DNA from: a virus
Lineage: Duplodnaviria > Caudoviricetes
Length of the DNA: 64,000 nucleotides
Virus record (IMG/VR): IMGVR_UViG_3300008255_000007
Coordinates: 1-64,000 of that record
Strand: one strand, 5' to 3'
The notes below the pieces were generated by a model. The model saw nothing but the letters and a program-made list of their open reading frames with translations. It was not told the origin of the DNA and searched no databases. The position numbers were made by a program, and so were the translations under genes. Positions 55,205 through 64,000 of the stretch are shown piece after piece (positions within the stretch are counted from its first letter, which is position 1; each line of letters starts with the position of its first letter).

Positions 55205-55897
55205 TCCCCACATGTTTTCTTTTCCAACATCAAAGCACTCTACATAGCCACCGTCTTTGATTAACTGGTTAAAAGTAGGAGCTACATAGAACTCTCCACG
55301 ATGCCGTATATTAAGCGCTATCATCATTTCAGCAGCTCTTACGAACTCAGAGCCTTGTTTCCAGTTATAGATGCCTACAGTAGCCTCAGAGCTTACAGGC
55401 TGCTTCTCTACAACTTTAATAACTTTATTAAATCTATTACGTACTACAAAGCTCCATTTACTTTCTGTACGCTCCATAGTCATAATAACACCTTCGTAGT
55501 TACTAAATAAATGATCTACCTCTTGTAGGTAGTTATCAATATTATAATCTATGAACTGGTCGCTGTTAGCCATCATTAGAGGGTTAGAATTATTAATATA
55601 ATCTTTAGCTAAGAGTACAGTACAAGCTGCTCCTTCGGTTACAGAATCAATAGGTATAATAACACAGTTATCATTAGTAGCCTTTTTAAGGATATCATAT
55701 CCTCCATAATTCTCTAGATGTTCACGTTGAGCAATGAAGATAAATCTATGAGGTCTACTAGGAGTTAGATTATCAATAACTCTTTCAATCATCCTTTTAC
55801 CTTTAACGTCAATAAAAGGTTTAGGATCTTTATACCCAGCTTCTGCAAAACGAGAACCTAATCCTGCCATTGGCACTACAATATTAGTTACTTTCAT
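55154..55897 (-). CDS. Sugar-nucleotidyltransferase-like protein (GT-A fold)
   Basis: VPMAGLGSRF...PKPFI, TEGAACT, ANSDQ, VEKQ, GLGTPEDL. Confidence 0.85.
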   Translation of the reverse strand: MKVTNIVVPMAGLGSRFAEAGYKDPKPFIDVKGKRMIERVIDNLTPSRPHRFIFIAQREHLENYGGYDILKKATNDNCVIIPIDSVTEGAACTVLLAKDYINNSNPLMMANSDQFIDYNIDNYLQEVDHLFSNYEGVIMTMERTESKWSFVVRNRFNKVIKVVEKQPVSSEATVGIYNWKQGSEFVRAAEMMIALNIRHRGEFYVAPTFNQLIKDGGYVECFDVGKENMWGLGTPEDLEFFLKNYRK

Positions 55898-56525
55898 TCT
55901 CGATCTCCTTAATTTTATTCTTTACGAAATCTAGAGTAACTTGAAATACACCGTCAGTTACTTCAAGAACATGTGCTCCTGAAGCACGAGCAGCTTCTAT
56001 ACCATTTTTATTATCTTCAACGATCAGCACTTCTTCAGGCTTAAGTCCTAGCTTAGCAATAGCAATATTATAAATCTCAGGATTAGGTTTAGCTTTACTA
56101 ACATCCTCATTAGATAGTGTAAAGTCAAAGAACTTACCAAGACATGATACTTCCATAGCAGCATCTACAGTAGCCCTAATAGAATTAGAACAAAGACCTA
56201 GAGCATATCCCTCAACTTTAAGGGTAGAGAGCAGTACTAAGTGTTCTGCTATAGGCTGACACTTCTTCATTACCAGGTTAGAGGTTAAGTCTTGTTTTAG
56301 TTTATTAATGAATTCAAAATCTCTTTTATGAATCCTACCCATACTCTCTAACATTTCTAATTTCTTTTTAGTAGGTAGCCCATCAAAGATAGTTAGATGT
56401 TCTTCTTCACTAATAGGTTCACTTTTATTAAAACTAAGTGCTCTGTTTAAGGCATCTTTGTGCAAATCCTTAGCGTCTAGAAGTACGCCGTCTAAATCTA
56501 GACAAATTGCTTTTATTTTACTCAT
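55884..56525 (-). CDS. HAD-family phosphatase (likely start MSKIKA at 56525)
   Basis: DLDGVL motif I, CSNS motif II, KPNPEIY motif III, EDNKNG motif IV. Confidence 0.9.
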   Translation of the reverse strand: MSKIKAICLDLDGVLLDAKDLHKDALNRALSFNKSEPISEEEHLTIFDGLPTKKKLEMLESMGRIHKRDFEFINKLKQDLTSNLVMKKCQPIAEHLVLLSTLKVEGYALGLCSNSIRATVDAAMEVSCLGKFFDFTLSNEDVSKAKPNPEIYNIAIAKLGLKPEEVLIVEDNKNGIEAARASGAHVLEVTDGVFQVTLDFVKNKIKEIENESN

Positions 56526-57102
56526 TAAAGAATAGTTTAGCAGATTCAGGATATTTTGTACAGAGGTAAATATCAAAATGAGAGTACTCTTTTAGAGACT
56601 TCCAGAAAGCTTTATAAGGCCTTCCATGAAGTTCAGGAGATACTATACAGACTTCTTTATCATCAGATAAATATTCAAGAACAGCTTCTTTATCTACCCA
56701 ATCGTATTGCATCTGATCCATCCAGATCCCATCAGCTTCTTCATAAAAAGCAGGAGTTTCATATTCACTGACTCGTGTAAATACTGTATAACCTTTAGAT
56801 AGTAGCTTTAAGGATTCAGGAACGGCGGCATCAAATATAAAATAATTAAAGGTTTTATTAGCAATATCAGAGGCACTAATAATATCAGACAGATAATGGT
56901 CTAATCCACTGCTCTTAGCATTAATAGCTATAGTCTTGGTAGTAAAACAAGGTAATACGTATCGTAAGCTACCTTGAGTTCTATTAGGATCATGTCCTAA
57001 TTCTAAGTCCTTATAAGTAGCCCATACGTCTACCTCTATACCGTCATAAGGTATAGGATCATTACAATTAAAGTCATTACGTCTATGTGCTAGTATTTTC
57101 AT
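56518..57102 (-). CDS. PLC/GDPD-like phosphodiesterase-fold protein
   Basis: ILAHR, GIEVDV, LGHD, VCIVSPELHGR, LCTKYP. Confidence 0.7.
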   Translation of the reverse strand: MKILAHRRNDFNCNDPIPYDGIEVDVWATYKDLELGHDPNRTQGSLRYVLPCFTTKTIAINAKSSGLDHYLSDIISASDIANKTFNYFIFDAAVPESLKLLSKGYTVFTRVSEYETPAFYEEADGIWMDQMQYDWVDKEAVLEYLSDDKEVCIVSPELHGRPYKAFWKSLKEYSHFDIYLCTKYPESAKLFFNE

Positions 57103-57614
57103 TCAGAGCCTCTCCAGTAATGGGTATTTCTTTTATAGTTTATAGCTCCTCCGGTAGTAAAGTGAGCATCTAAGAATAAACACTCATTATTGGAGGCTGT
57201 AGTGTAATGTCCACTATCCAGCTCTATAAAGTGTAATATCTTTTGCTGCTCTGGATCTTCAGAAAATCCACCATCAAAAAAGTCTATAGAAAACATATAT
57301 CTACCTATTCCATGTTTAGTTTTAACATTATAGTTTCTAAAATATGATATCTCTAAGATGCCAGCTTTATTACCTAAAGCTCCCCATTCATGTATTTCTT
57401 TCTTATCACATTTTAAATGGCAAATAGCCTCAAGAGGTAGTTTAGAATATAAAGCACCTTTAGTCGTATGTACGTGAAATAATAAAGGTCTATTCAGTAG
57501 TACTGTCACAGCTACTACGTAACAATCCTCGTACTCTCCATGACCTGATTCTAAATCATGTAAGTACTCACTTCTAACCTTAGCTTTAAAAAATGGTAGG
57601 TTTAGAGTTTCCAT
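57099..57614 (-). CDS. Hypothetical phage protein
   Basis: ORF track; in overlap chain of the operon. Confidence 0.7.
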   Translation of the reverse strand: METLNLPFFKAKVRSEYLHDLESGHGEYEDCYVVAVTVLLNRPLLFHVHTTKGALYSKLPLEAICHLKCDKKEIHEWGALGNKAGILEISYFRNYNVKTKHGIGRYMFSIDFFDGGFSEDPEQQKILHFIELDSGHYTTASNNECLFLDAHFTTGGAINYKRNTHYWRGSE

Positions 57615-57615
57615 C

Positions 57616-58473
57616 TTATAGATTATACCAACTAGTTACTTTAGCTAACAATTCAGGATAGCTCTTATAACGCTCTCTAAGGGCTTCTTTTACAGGCTCT
57701 ACCCAAGCCAGTAGCTCGGTATTATCTCCTTTTACAGAGGCCTCCAGGCCGTTCCATTGAGCTTCTGCATTAACCCTACGTTTGTTCTCAGCTCCTGGGT
57801 GATCTAGCAAGCCTTTATCCATCTTCACGTCAAACTCTTCCTTACTCATAGTAACATAGTGATGGTTTATAAACCTTTGCATTGGATATGAGGGTTTATT
57901 CCAAGGACTAGTTACTTTGTTATTATACTCATCTACGCAGTAGTTACCTGGAACATAATTAAATATATGAGGACATCCAGCATGTCCTACTGCTTTACCA
58001 GGCTGCACTATAGTTTTAATATGATGGTTAGGCTCTTCAGATTCTGAGGTGAATCTTTCTATAATAAGTCCTGGTTCTTTCTTACCTTTCTTATTAGAGT
58101 TAAATAGCTTCCAGCCTACAGCCACCCCAGCATATCTTTCAAAAGGCTTAAGAGCTTCTACTAGCGATGTTCCAGGAGACCAAATCCTCTCGTCAATAGC
58201 ATGAAAGTGTAGCCATTTGGTAAGCCCCTCTTGTTCTTTGCAGAGGTGATTCATCATCCAGAAGTTATTTCTTTGAGTAATATGAGGAGGATATTGACGT
58301 AGTTCTACTAGTCCTGCTTTAATATAAGGAACCATCATTTCAGCAGTGTCATCTGTAGATTTATTATCATAGAATATAAAACGATCGAAACCTTGTAGTA
58401 TATGAAATTCTATATACTCAGCGAGGTAAGGAGCCTCATCACGTATCCAATAAGCGCCTGTCAAATTATACAT
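57616..58473 (-). CDS. Glycosyltransferase, GT92/GT2-like (GT-A fold)
   Basis: IRDEAPYLAEYIEFH..GFDRFIFYDNKSTDDT, AIDE DxD-like motif, INHHYVTMS. Confidence 0.85.
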   Translation of the reverse strand: MYNLTGAYWIRDEAPYLAEYIEFHILQGFDRFIFYDNKSTDDTAEMMVPYIKAGLVELRQYPPHITQRNNFWMMNHLCKEQEGLTKWLHFHAIDERIWSPGTSLVEALKPFERYAGVAVGWKLFNSNKKGKKEPGLIIERFTSESEEPNHHIKTIVQPGKAVGHAGCPHIFNYVPGNYCVDEYNNKVTSPWNKPSYPMQRFINHHYVTMSKEEFDVKMDKGLLDHPGAENKRRVNAEAQWNGLEASVKGDNTELLAWVEPVKEALRERYKSYPELLAKVTSWYNL

Positions 58474-58780
58474 TCTTAATAGCTCCTTTAATGGTAGCTA
58501 ACTTTTCTTTAAGTTCTTTATTTTCTTTTTCTAAAGCTTCTAAATATTCTTGATCTTTTAATAGCAATCTACAAGATTGTTTTATATCTAATACGTAGTC
58601 TCCTTGACTAGATCTACTAGTAACTAAAGTTTGAGGGCCTTGCTCTATTACTAATAAGCCTCTAGATACTAATTCATTTAATTGCTCTAGTATAATAGCT
58701 TCTTGATGTTTTGTAGCCTTAGTAAGTACTTCTGAGGCTAGATCCGACATATGACTTATTGAATCTTTAAAATCACTCAT
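58466..58780 (-). CDS. Hypothetical coiled-coil protein
   Basis: ORF track. Confidence 0.65.
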   Translation of the reverse strand: MSDFKDSISHMSDLASEVLTKATKHQEAIILEQLNELVSRGLLVIEQGPQTLVTSRSSQGDYVLDIKQSCRLLLKDQEYLEALEKENKELKEKLATIKGAIKNV

Positions 58781-58782
58781 AT

Positions 58783-59436
58783 TTAAAAATGCTTTAGACT
58801 AGGGTCTAAAAACTCCTTTATCTTATTTATATCATAATCCTGTACCCCAGTAAATACAGAAAGAGCCTTTACAGTTTTTACTGTGTCGCTTAGTAGGTCT
58901 CTATACCATATGACTAAGGCTTGTCCTATAGCGTCAGAGTATATCCTAGTCTGGTAGTTCTGATAGATACGTCTAGCTTTCTTTTCATCAAAACCATCCC
59001 TATCCATAAGAGAGGCGGTTACTTCATCCTCAGACCTAAGCACTATAATATATTTAATATCGATACCTAGCTTATCACAAGCAGCTTGGTACAAAGGGAC
59101 GAGCACACTAATACGAGGATCTTTTAATACTAAGTGATCTTTATCTTTAAACTCTTTTTTAAGGAGTCTTTGAAGAGGTGCTCTATTCATAGCAGCTAGC
59201 AGCATATGCTTATCCCACTTACTTACGTCATCCCAAGAGCAGCCCATAAAATCCAACACCTTTTCATTATGCTTATGGAAAGCCATATGCTCGAAATAGC
59301 CTTTAGGGTTATGCTCCGTAGGCGGCATTAGATCATCCCCTAGATGCATACCCATAGCAGCTAGTGTACCAGCAGTAGCACTAGTACCACTTCTATGACA
59401 CCCCAGAACTAGATATAGTGTTTTATTCTTTTCCAT
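58783..59436 (-). CDS. Sulfotransferase-family protein
   Basis: LVLGCHRSGTS PAPS-binding loop, NPKGYFE, LKDPR, VLRS. Confidence 0.85.
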   Translation of the reverse strand: MEKNKTLYLVLGCHRSGTSATAGTLAAMGMHLGDDLMPPTEHNPKGYFEHMAFHKHNEKVLDFMGCSWDDVSKWDKHMLLAAMNRAPLQRLLKKEFKDKDHLVLKDPRISVLVPLYQAACDKLGIDIKYIIVLRSEDEVTASLMDRDGFDEKKARRIYQNYQTRIYSDAIGQALVIWYRDLLSDTVKTVKALSVFTGVQDYDINKIKEFLDPSLKHF

Positions 59437-59716
59437 TATAAAACTTCTCTATGTCCTCTGGGCTCATGTCTTTCTTCTGAGCTGCGGTTTTACGTTTAAG
59501 ATCTTCTGAGTCCTGTTCTAATTTCTCTTGTTCCTTTTGCAGACCACTTTTCTTTTCTTCTAAGATGGCGTCTACAGATTCTGCATCTCCCTGCATTACT
59601 TTAATTAATAATTTCTTATTCTTAGTTACTAAATACACTATAAAACCAGCCATTAACATAAAGGTTATGGTAATTATCTTCCAAACTTTTATAGTACTTT
59701 CTTTTAAGCTATTCAT
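59423..59716 (-). CDS. TM plus coiled-coil protein, possible i-spanin-like
   Basis: N-terminal TM and charged heptads. Confidence 0.5.
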   Translation of the reverse strand: MNSLKESTIKVWKIITITFMLMAGFIVYLVTKNKKLLIKVMQGDAESVDAILEEKKSGLQKEQEKLEQDSEDLKRKTAAQKKDMSPEDIEKFYNGKE

Positions 59717-60168
59717 ACAGTTCTCCAGTATTTTTTATGTATAATTGTACCATCTATCTTACCAAATAGTCCAGGTTTAACTAATTCATAGCCTTCTAAA
59801 TCAGCTACAAGTTCATCAACTATATGAGGATACCGTTTACATGCTATTTGAATAGCTATATTATAAACAAAAGCTTGGTATTTAAATACGAGTCTTTGTA
59901 GCCTAAGTCTGTGAACTACCCTACCTAGAAATAGATCTACTTTATACATCCAGCTAGGCCAAGTATATCTAACATAGCCAGGCTTTACTAGTTGATGTAT
60001 AGCCCACCAGCCTGTATAAAAATAAGGATGGTCTCTAAATGTCCCAAATTTCTCTTTACCATGAGAGCCTATTCTACCGTATCGTCTCCAAAAGTCCATA
60101 ATAAAATTAATAGCCGTATTCAGGCTATTCCAATCAAAGTCTTCGTCTCCCCAATTATGATATGGCAT
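59713..60168 (-). CDS. Hypothetical phage protein (KEKFGTFR motif)
   Basis: ORF track. Confidence 0.7.
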   Translation of the reverse strand: MPYHNWGDEDFDWNSLNTAINFIMDFWRRYGRIGSHGKEKFGTFRDHPYFYTGWWAIHQLVKPGYVRYTWPSWMYKVDLFLGRVVHRLRLQRLVFKYQAFVYNIAIQIACKRYPHIVDELVADLEGYELVKPGLFGKIDGTIIHKKYWRTV

Positions 60169-60169
60169 A

Positions 60170-61180
60170 TTAAAATTCTCCGTCTACGATATTAGCAAAG
60201 TTAGGTCTAATTAAAGAAGCTACTTTAGAATTTAGCTGCTTATATATAAGTTTAGAATCTTTCTTATCTAAAGCATCTAACTCTTCAGATTTATCTTTTC
60301 TAAAGTCTTCAATAACATCTTTATTCATAAGTCCCATAAGCTTTCCAAAGTCCTTATCAGTTACTACTCCTATTTTAGATAGAACATTTCTTAGCCTATT
60401 CTCTATTATATATGAAGCTCCTTCATCTATCAAGCTTTTTATATTATCAGGAAGCTCAGGCTTAGGAGCTTTAGGTTTATGTTCTTTTTCAGTGAATTTC
60501 TCATTTTTATTCTTTATAATTACTCTAGTACCGTCGTAGACGAATAAAGGAGTAATAGGTTTAATGATAGTACCTTCACATGTGTTATCCTCAAGCTCGG
60601 GCAATCCTAGCCTAACAGGGATCATAGTGTTAAAAGTATTAGAATGTTCCAAGCACTCATCAAGAGTCCCACTATACAAAGTTTCGCAGAAAGGTATTCC
60701 ATTATTATATAAGAAGCCATTAACATCCTGCACTGAAAGTAAACGTCCGTCTACTACAATATCAAAGCCTATAAAATCTTGCTCTGGATTATAAAATACA
60801 CCTTTTTGAACAGAAGAGTCTCCAGAGGCTTCTACATCTTTATGCGGATAATGTCCTCCATATAGTTCTCCATATACAACTACTGTAGTATCTTCAATAG
60901 GTCTATGAAAAATACCACAAATATTACTATGCAAGTCGCGTAATCCTTTTTCATACTTACTTAGTACTTTTTTATAATTAAAGAACTTCTCTTCTTCTTC
61001 AATGAATCCGGAACGCTTAGCCACTTTTATAGAGTTTTCATCAATCCAAAAGCTTAAATTAGCACCATGTACTTTCTCTTGTACTATATAAGTCTGAGAG
61101 TCGTATCCAGACTCTTTTATTTTGTTTATAAATTTAGTTCTATATGAGTTTTCTATTGAACTGTACTTTTTAAATTCCAT
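60170..61180 (-). CDS. rnl2: RNA ligase 2 family
   Basis: KYSSIEN, motif I EKVHGAN, GELYG, FIGFDI, EGTIIKP, IKNKNEKF, NRLRNVLSKIG C-domain. Confidence 0.92.
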   Translation of the reverse strand: MEFKKYSSIENSYRTKFINKIKESGYDSQTYIVQEKVHGANLSFWIDENSIKVAKRSGFIEEEEKFFNYKKVLSKYEKGLRDLHSNICGIFHRPIEDTTVVVYGELYGGHYPHKDVEASGDSSVQKGVFYNPEQDFIGFDIVVDGRLLSVQDVNGFLYNNGIPFCETLYSGTLDECLEHSNTFNTMIPVRLGLPELEDNTCEGTIIKPITPLFVYDGTRVIIKNKNEKFTEKEHKPKAPKPELPDNIKSLIDEGASYIIENRLRNVLSKIGVVTDKDFGKLMGLMNKDVIEDFRKDKSEELDALDKKDSKLIYKQLNSKVASLIRPNFANIVDGEF

Positions 61181-62897
61181 TAGTAGCTCCTATTACATTT
61201 GATTTAGGTCTTATAGTTTTCATAACTAATTTATCTAAGTTATCAAACTTTCTATATAGTACAGGCCATATAGCCGCCGCACAAAGACCGTTTATCTGCT
61301 TGGCTTTTAACCCTAGTATCTTTTTAAACTCTTCAGAGCCTACGCTGACTTCAGGGTTATCGCACTTAACTCTATCAATTACTTCTGATGCTCTAAGGAG
61401 TAATACTTGAAAAGTGTCTTGGTAGAGATCCTCTAGTTGTCTAGTAAGCTCATCAGCCTCTTTTCTAAATTCTTCAGGAAGTTGTGTTAGATAGTCTATC
61501 TTAACTTTACCATTCTCCATAGACTCATAGAAGGATAAAGGACTCATTTGAGAAATCATCCTGTGGATTCTGCAGTACTCTGCTCCTTTTATCTTAACCC
61601 TAAGTCCTGATTGGAATCTAACTACGAAGCCTTCTTTATCTTTAGGTAGGGTCTTTTGTAAGGCTACCATCTCACCAATAGTATAATTATACTCTTTTAC
61701 TAAAGGCATACCTGAAGTCTTAGAAATAGTAAGTAGCTCGTCTCTAGAGCACTCCTGCTCTGTGACTAAGTTATTAGCAGCTAGTAAGACCAACTCTTCT
61801 CTATTTCCATAATTAGCTACTATTTTATTATCAGGATAGATAATCTCAGCCATAAGAGTAGTAGTTTTAGGTATACTAGACATATCATACTTTTTAAGAA
61901 TCTCTAATCCTTTAACAGCCTGCTCAGAACTAAAAGCCCCACGAGTAGCTACTCTCCACTCATTCTTATAGTTATAAATAATACCAAGACTTCCATCCAT
62001 CTTTTCAGTGACTACGTAAGGTTCGTCTGGCAGATTACTTAGACTAGTCTCAGACATTTCCCCTAAATTAAAAAACTTGGACATAGCACACGCTACTAAC
62101 TTACCAGTAGACTTTTCAAAGATAATACCTCTACTTATTCTAGTAATCTCATTCCAAGCTCTTTCAAATGTGCACTGATCTGTATAGTTGTATAGTACTA
62201 AATCTAAATCATCACTAACTACTCTTCTTACATTCTTAGACTTTACTTCATTCTCAAATGGCATTAAAGTAAGACTAACATCGGAGCTATATTTATTAGT
62301 AAGTCTAGTAGGTATAAAATATTCTCCAGAGTTTTTAAGCTCTAGTATATCGTCTTCACTAAGAAGTTTAAGATCTGCATCGAAACACACGTCTATCATA
62401 TTTCTTTTTTTACGATAATGTCCATGTAAATGTCCGTGAAGATAAAAAGAGTTAGGATTATTAACTGCCCTATATTCTAAGAACCTATTATCCTCTTCTA
62501 TGCAAGGAGGTAAGTGAGTCATATAAACAGAGCTTCCATCCTTAAGAGTAAGAATAGTATCTGTAAATACATCCTTCCATCCAGCGTCTAAGTATTTATT
62601 TCTTTGTTTAGCTAGTTGATTTTGGTCCTTATGGAAAGTCTTAAATCCAGCATCATGATTACCCAGAATTAAATATTTAGTACCATTTAGTTTATTGACT
62701 AGATAAGAGTCAAACACTTTAGATTTACTTATACTAAAATCTCCTAAGAAAAAGACTTTATCATCAACAGCTACTTGAGAGTTCCACTGAGATATAATAG
62801 CTTCATTCATCTCAGCTACATCATTATAAGGGCGGTTACAAAACTGTATAATGTTCTTATGGTGAAAGTGTAAATCTGACGTAAACCATCTAGCCAT
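61170..62897 (-). CDS. Fusion: calcineurin-like metallophosphoesterase plus RNA ligase 1 family (likely start MARWF at 62897)
   Basis: SDLH, LGDF, GNHD, HGHLH then EKMDGSLG, MAEII, EGFVVRF, RVKIK. Confidence 0.9.
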   Translation of the reverse strand: MARWFTSDLHFHHKNIIQFCNRPYNDVAEMNEAIISQWNSQVAVDDKVFFLGDFSISKSKVFDSYLVNKLNGTKYLILGNHDAGFKTFHKDQNQLAKQRNKYLDAGWKDVFTDTILTLKDGSSVYMTHLPPCIEEDNRFLEYRAVNNPNSFYLHGHLHGHYRKKRNMIDVCFDADLKLLSEDDILELKNSGEYFIPTRLTNKYSSDVSLTLMPFENEVKSKNVRRVVSDDLDLVLYNYTDQCTFERAWNEITRISRGIIFEKSTGKLVACAMSKFFNLGEMSETSLSNLPDEPYVVTEKMDGSLGIIYNYKNEWRVATRGAFSSEQAVKGLEILKKYDMSSIPKTTTLMAEIIYPDNKIVANYGNREELVLLAANNLVTEQECSRDELLTISKTSGMPLVKEYNYTIGEMVALQKTLPKDKEGFVVRFQSGLRVKIKGAEYCRIHRMISQMSPLSFYESMENGKVKIDYLTQLPEEFRKEADELTRQLEDLYQDTFQVLLLRASEVIDRVKCDNPEVSVGSEEFKKILGLKAKQINGLCAAAIWPVLYRKFDNLDKLVMKTIRPKSNVIGATNGI

Positions 62898-63309
62898 TAT
62901 AAACCTCGTATATATCATACTCTATTCTAGTTACAGGCTCATAATTTTCTTCATAGAAATCTAGAATCTTATTGGCTAGGGCTTCATCATTAGCAGCTAC
63001 GGTAGGATGGTTATATCTACTAACTACCCTCTCTAGACAAGTAGCTCTAGGAGTTTTAAATTCTATAATGTGGATTGAGTACCCAGCTTCTCTAGCAGGT
63101 ACGATATAACGTGACCTTTGGATACTATTAAAGTTCATACGATCAATTACTATTAATTCTTCTCCAGAGTCTAGAGCTTCCTTAAATGCCTTACGATGTC
63201 CTTTAGATCCTAGCTCATCTTGATTAATTCTAGTATAGTTAGAGTAGTGTTTACAAGATGTAGATTTACCAGCCCCAATAGGTCCTACAAGGACAACTAG
63301 TGTTTTCAT
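62890..63309 (-). CDS. Polynucleotide kinase-like P-loop kinase
   Basis: GPIGAGKST, RINQDEL, VIDRMN, CLERVVSR. Confidence 0.88.
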   Translation of the reverse strand: MKTLVVLVGPIGAGKSTSCKHYSNYTRINQDELGSKGHRKAFKEALDSGEELIVIDRMNFNSIQRSRYIVPAREAGYSIHIIEFKTPRATCLERVVSRYNHPTVAANDEALANKILDFYEENYEPVTRIEYDIYEVYNG

Positions 63310-63956
63310 TGATCCTCCTCAAAAATAAACAACTCATTGAATTTTCTAAGATGTTCTTCAAGTCCTATATTCTTAAAGCATACATTACCACTAGTTACTT
63401 TGTCAATACCATTTTCTACTCCTACAGCTATAGCGATAGCTAGAGCATCTGTCATGTCATGAGGAGTAGCTCTGGCCTTTCCGGTAATATTAGATAGGAT
63501 AGTCTCAGGAACCTTCATATAAGCTTCCACAGCCTCTCTAGTGGGCTGTTTATAGTCGCGCTTACCGTTAGCATAGCTGGGCTTAATGCCAAGCACGCGC
63601 CTCCAGGAGGGCGGAGGGACCTCTTGCATAGGCACTAGGGTAGGATGCGTACACCTCATTTCCAGTAAGTGGTTGATAGTAGGTACTACCGCTACTCCCA
63701 TACGTAGTTTAGGATTCATAAAATAAGCTTCAGTAAAGACTTGAGCAGGGACTGGAACTATTCCATTTATTAAGTATTCAAATGCATAATGCATATATAT
63801 TAACTTCTTGCCTTTAGACCAGTTAGGTTTAGTCCAGAGCATACCTGCATGATGAATATAAAGTTCTTTATTATCTATCTCAGCTAGAGCATAGGCTAGG
63901 TGAGCTGAAGAAGGATCTATAGCAAGAAATGGAACATTTTGAGGTAACTCTAACAT
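63306..63956 (-). CDS. RuvC-like Holliday junction resolvase (leaderless)
   Basis: LAIDP, TEAY, HDMTDALAIA acidic catalytic motifs; TTGACA-N18-TATACT ends 6 nt before ATG. Confidence 0.8.
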   Translation of the reverse strand: MLELPQNVPFLAIDPSSAHLAYALAEIDNKELYIHHAGMLWTKPNWSKGKKLIYMHYAFEYLINGIVPVPAQVFTEAYFMNPKLRMGVAVVPTINHLLEMRCTHPTLVPMQEVPPPSWRRVLGIKPSYANGKRDYKQPTREAVEAYMKVPETILSNITGKARATPHDMTDALAIAIAVGVENGIDKVTSGNVCFKNIGLEEHLRKFNELFIFEEDQ

Positions 63957-64000
63957 TACCTTAGTATATCAGAAATAGCGGGCCGCTGTCAATTATACTA

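Noticed and set aside
62885-62900. Programmed frameshift fusing kinase to phosphoesterase-ligase into a full Pnkp
   Set aside because: No slippery sequence; GAGG RBS and 8-bp overlap explain it as translational coupling
1-64000. Stop-codon reassignment
   Set aside because: TAA, TAG and TGA all end genes with coupled downstream starts; long genes are intact in the standard code, so the single internal TAA is a local anomaly

Overview
The whole window reads as a segment of a large, AT-rich tailed dsDNA phage genome with podovirus-like gene content. No integrase, tape measure, CRISPR, reverse transcriptase or canonical tRNA/rRNA was seen. Layout: (i) 1-16 kb, mostly leftward small early/accessory genes (pentapeptide-repeat protein, SPL-like radical SAM, PA14 lipoprotein, PQ-loop transporter, S8 and ClpP-like proteases, CYTH, AP2 proteins) around a motif-dense non-coding control hub at 4.8-6.8 kb; (ii) 17-48 kb, rightward morphogenesis genes (terminase, portal, scaffold, major capsid, M15 endolysin, fibres, adaptor, nozzle, ejection proteins); (iii) 49.5-55 kb, paralogous putative virion-decoration genes facing (iv) 55-59.4 kb, a leftward glycosyl/sulfo-transfer module; (v) 60-64 kb, an RNA-repair operon (kinase, phosphoesterase-Rnl1 fusion, Rnl2) and a RuvC-like nuclease. 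The most unusual signals are three exact sigma54 (-24/-12) promoters with enhancer-like TGT-N11-AC repeats and OmpR/PhoB-type direct-repeat boxes, a tRNA-like RNA whose anticodon region is replaced by a branched insert, two tandem sRNA candidates, a two-hairpin leader motif with compensatory changes repeated before two late operons, recurrent leaderless genes, and the decoration plus glyco-sulfation block. All functional calls are by-eye motif recognition; no database searches were run, and the host is unknown.
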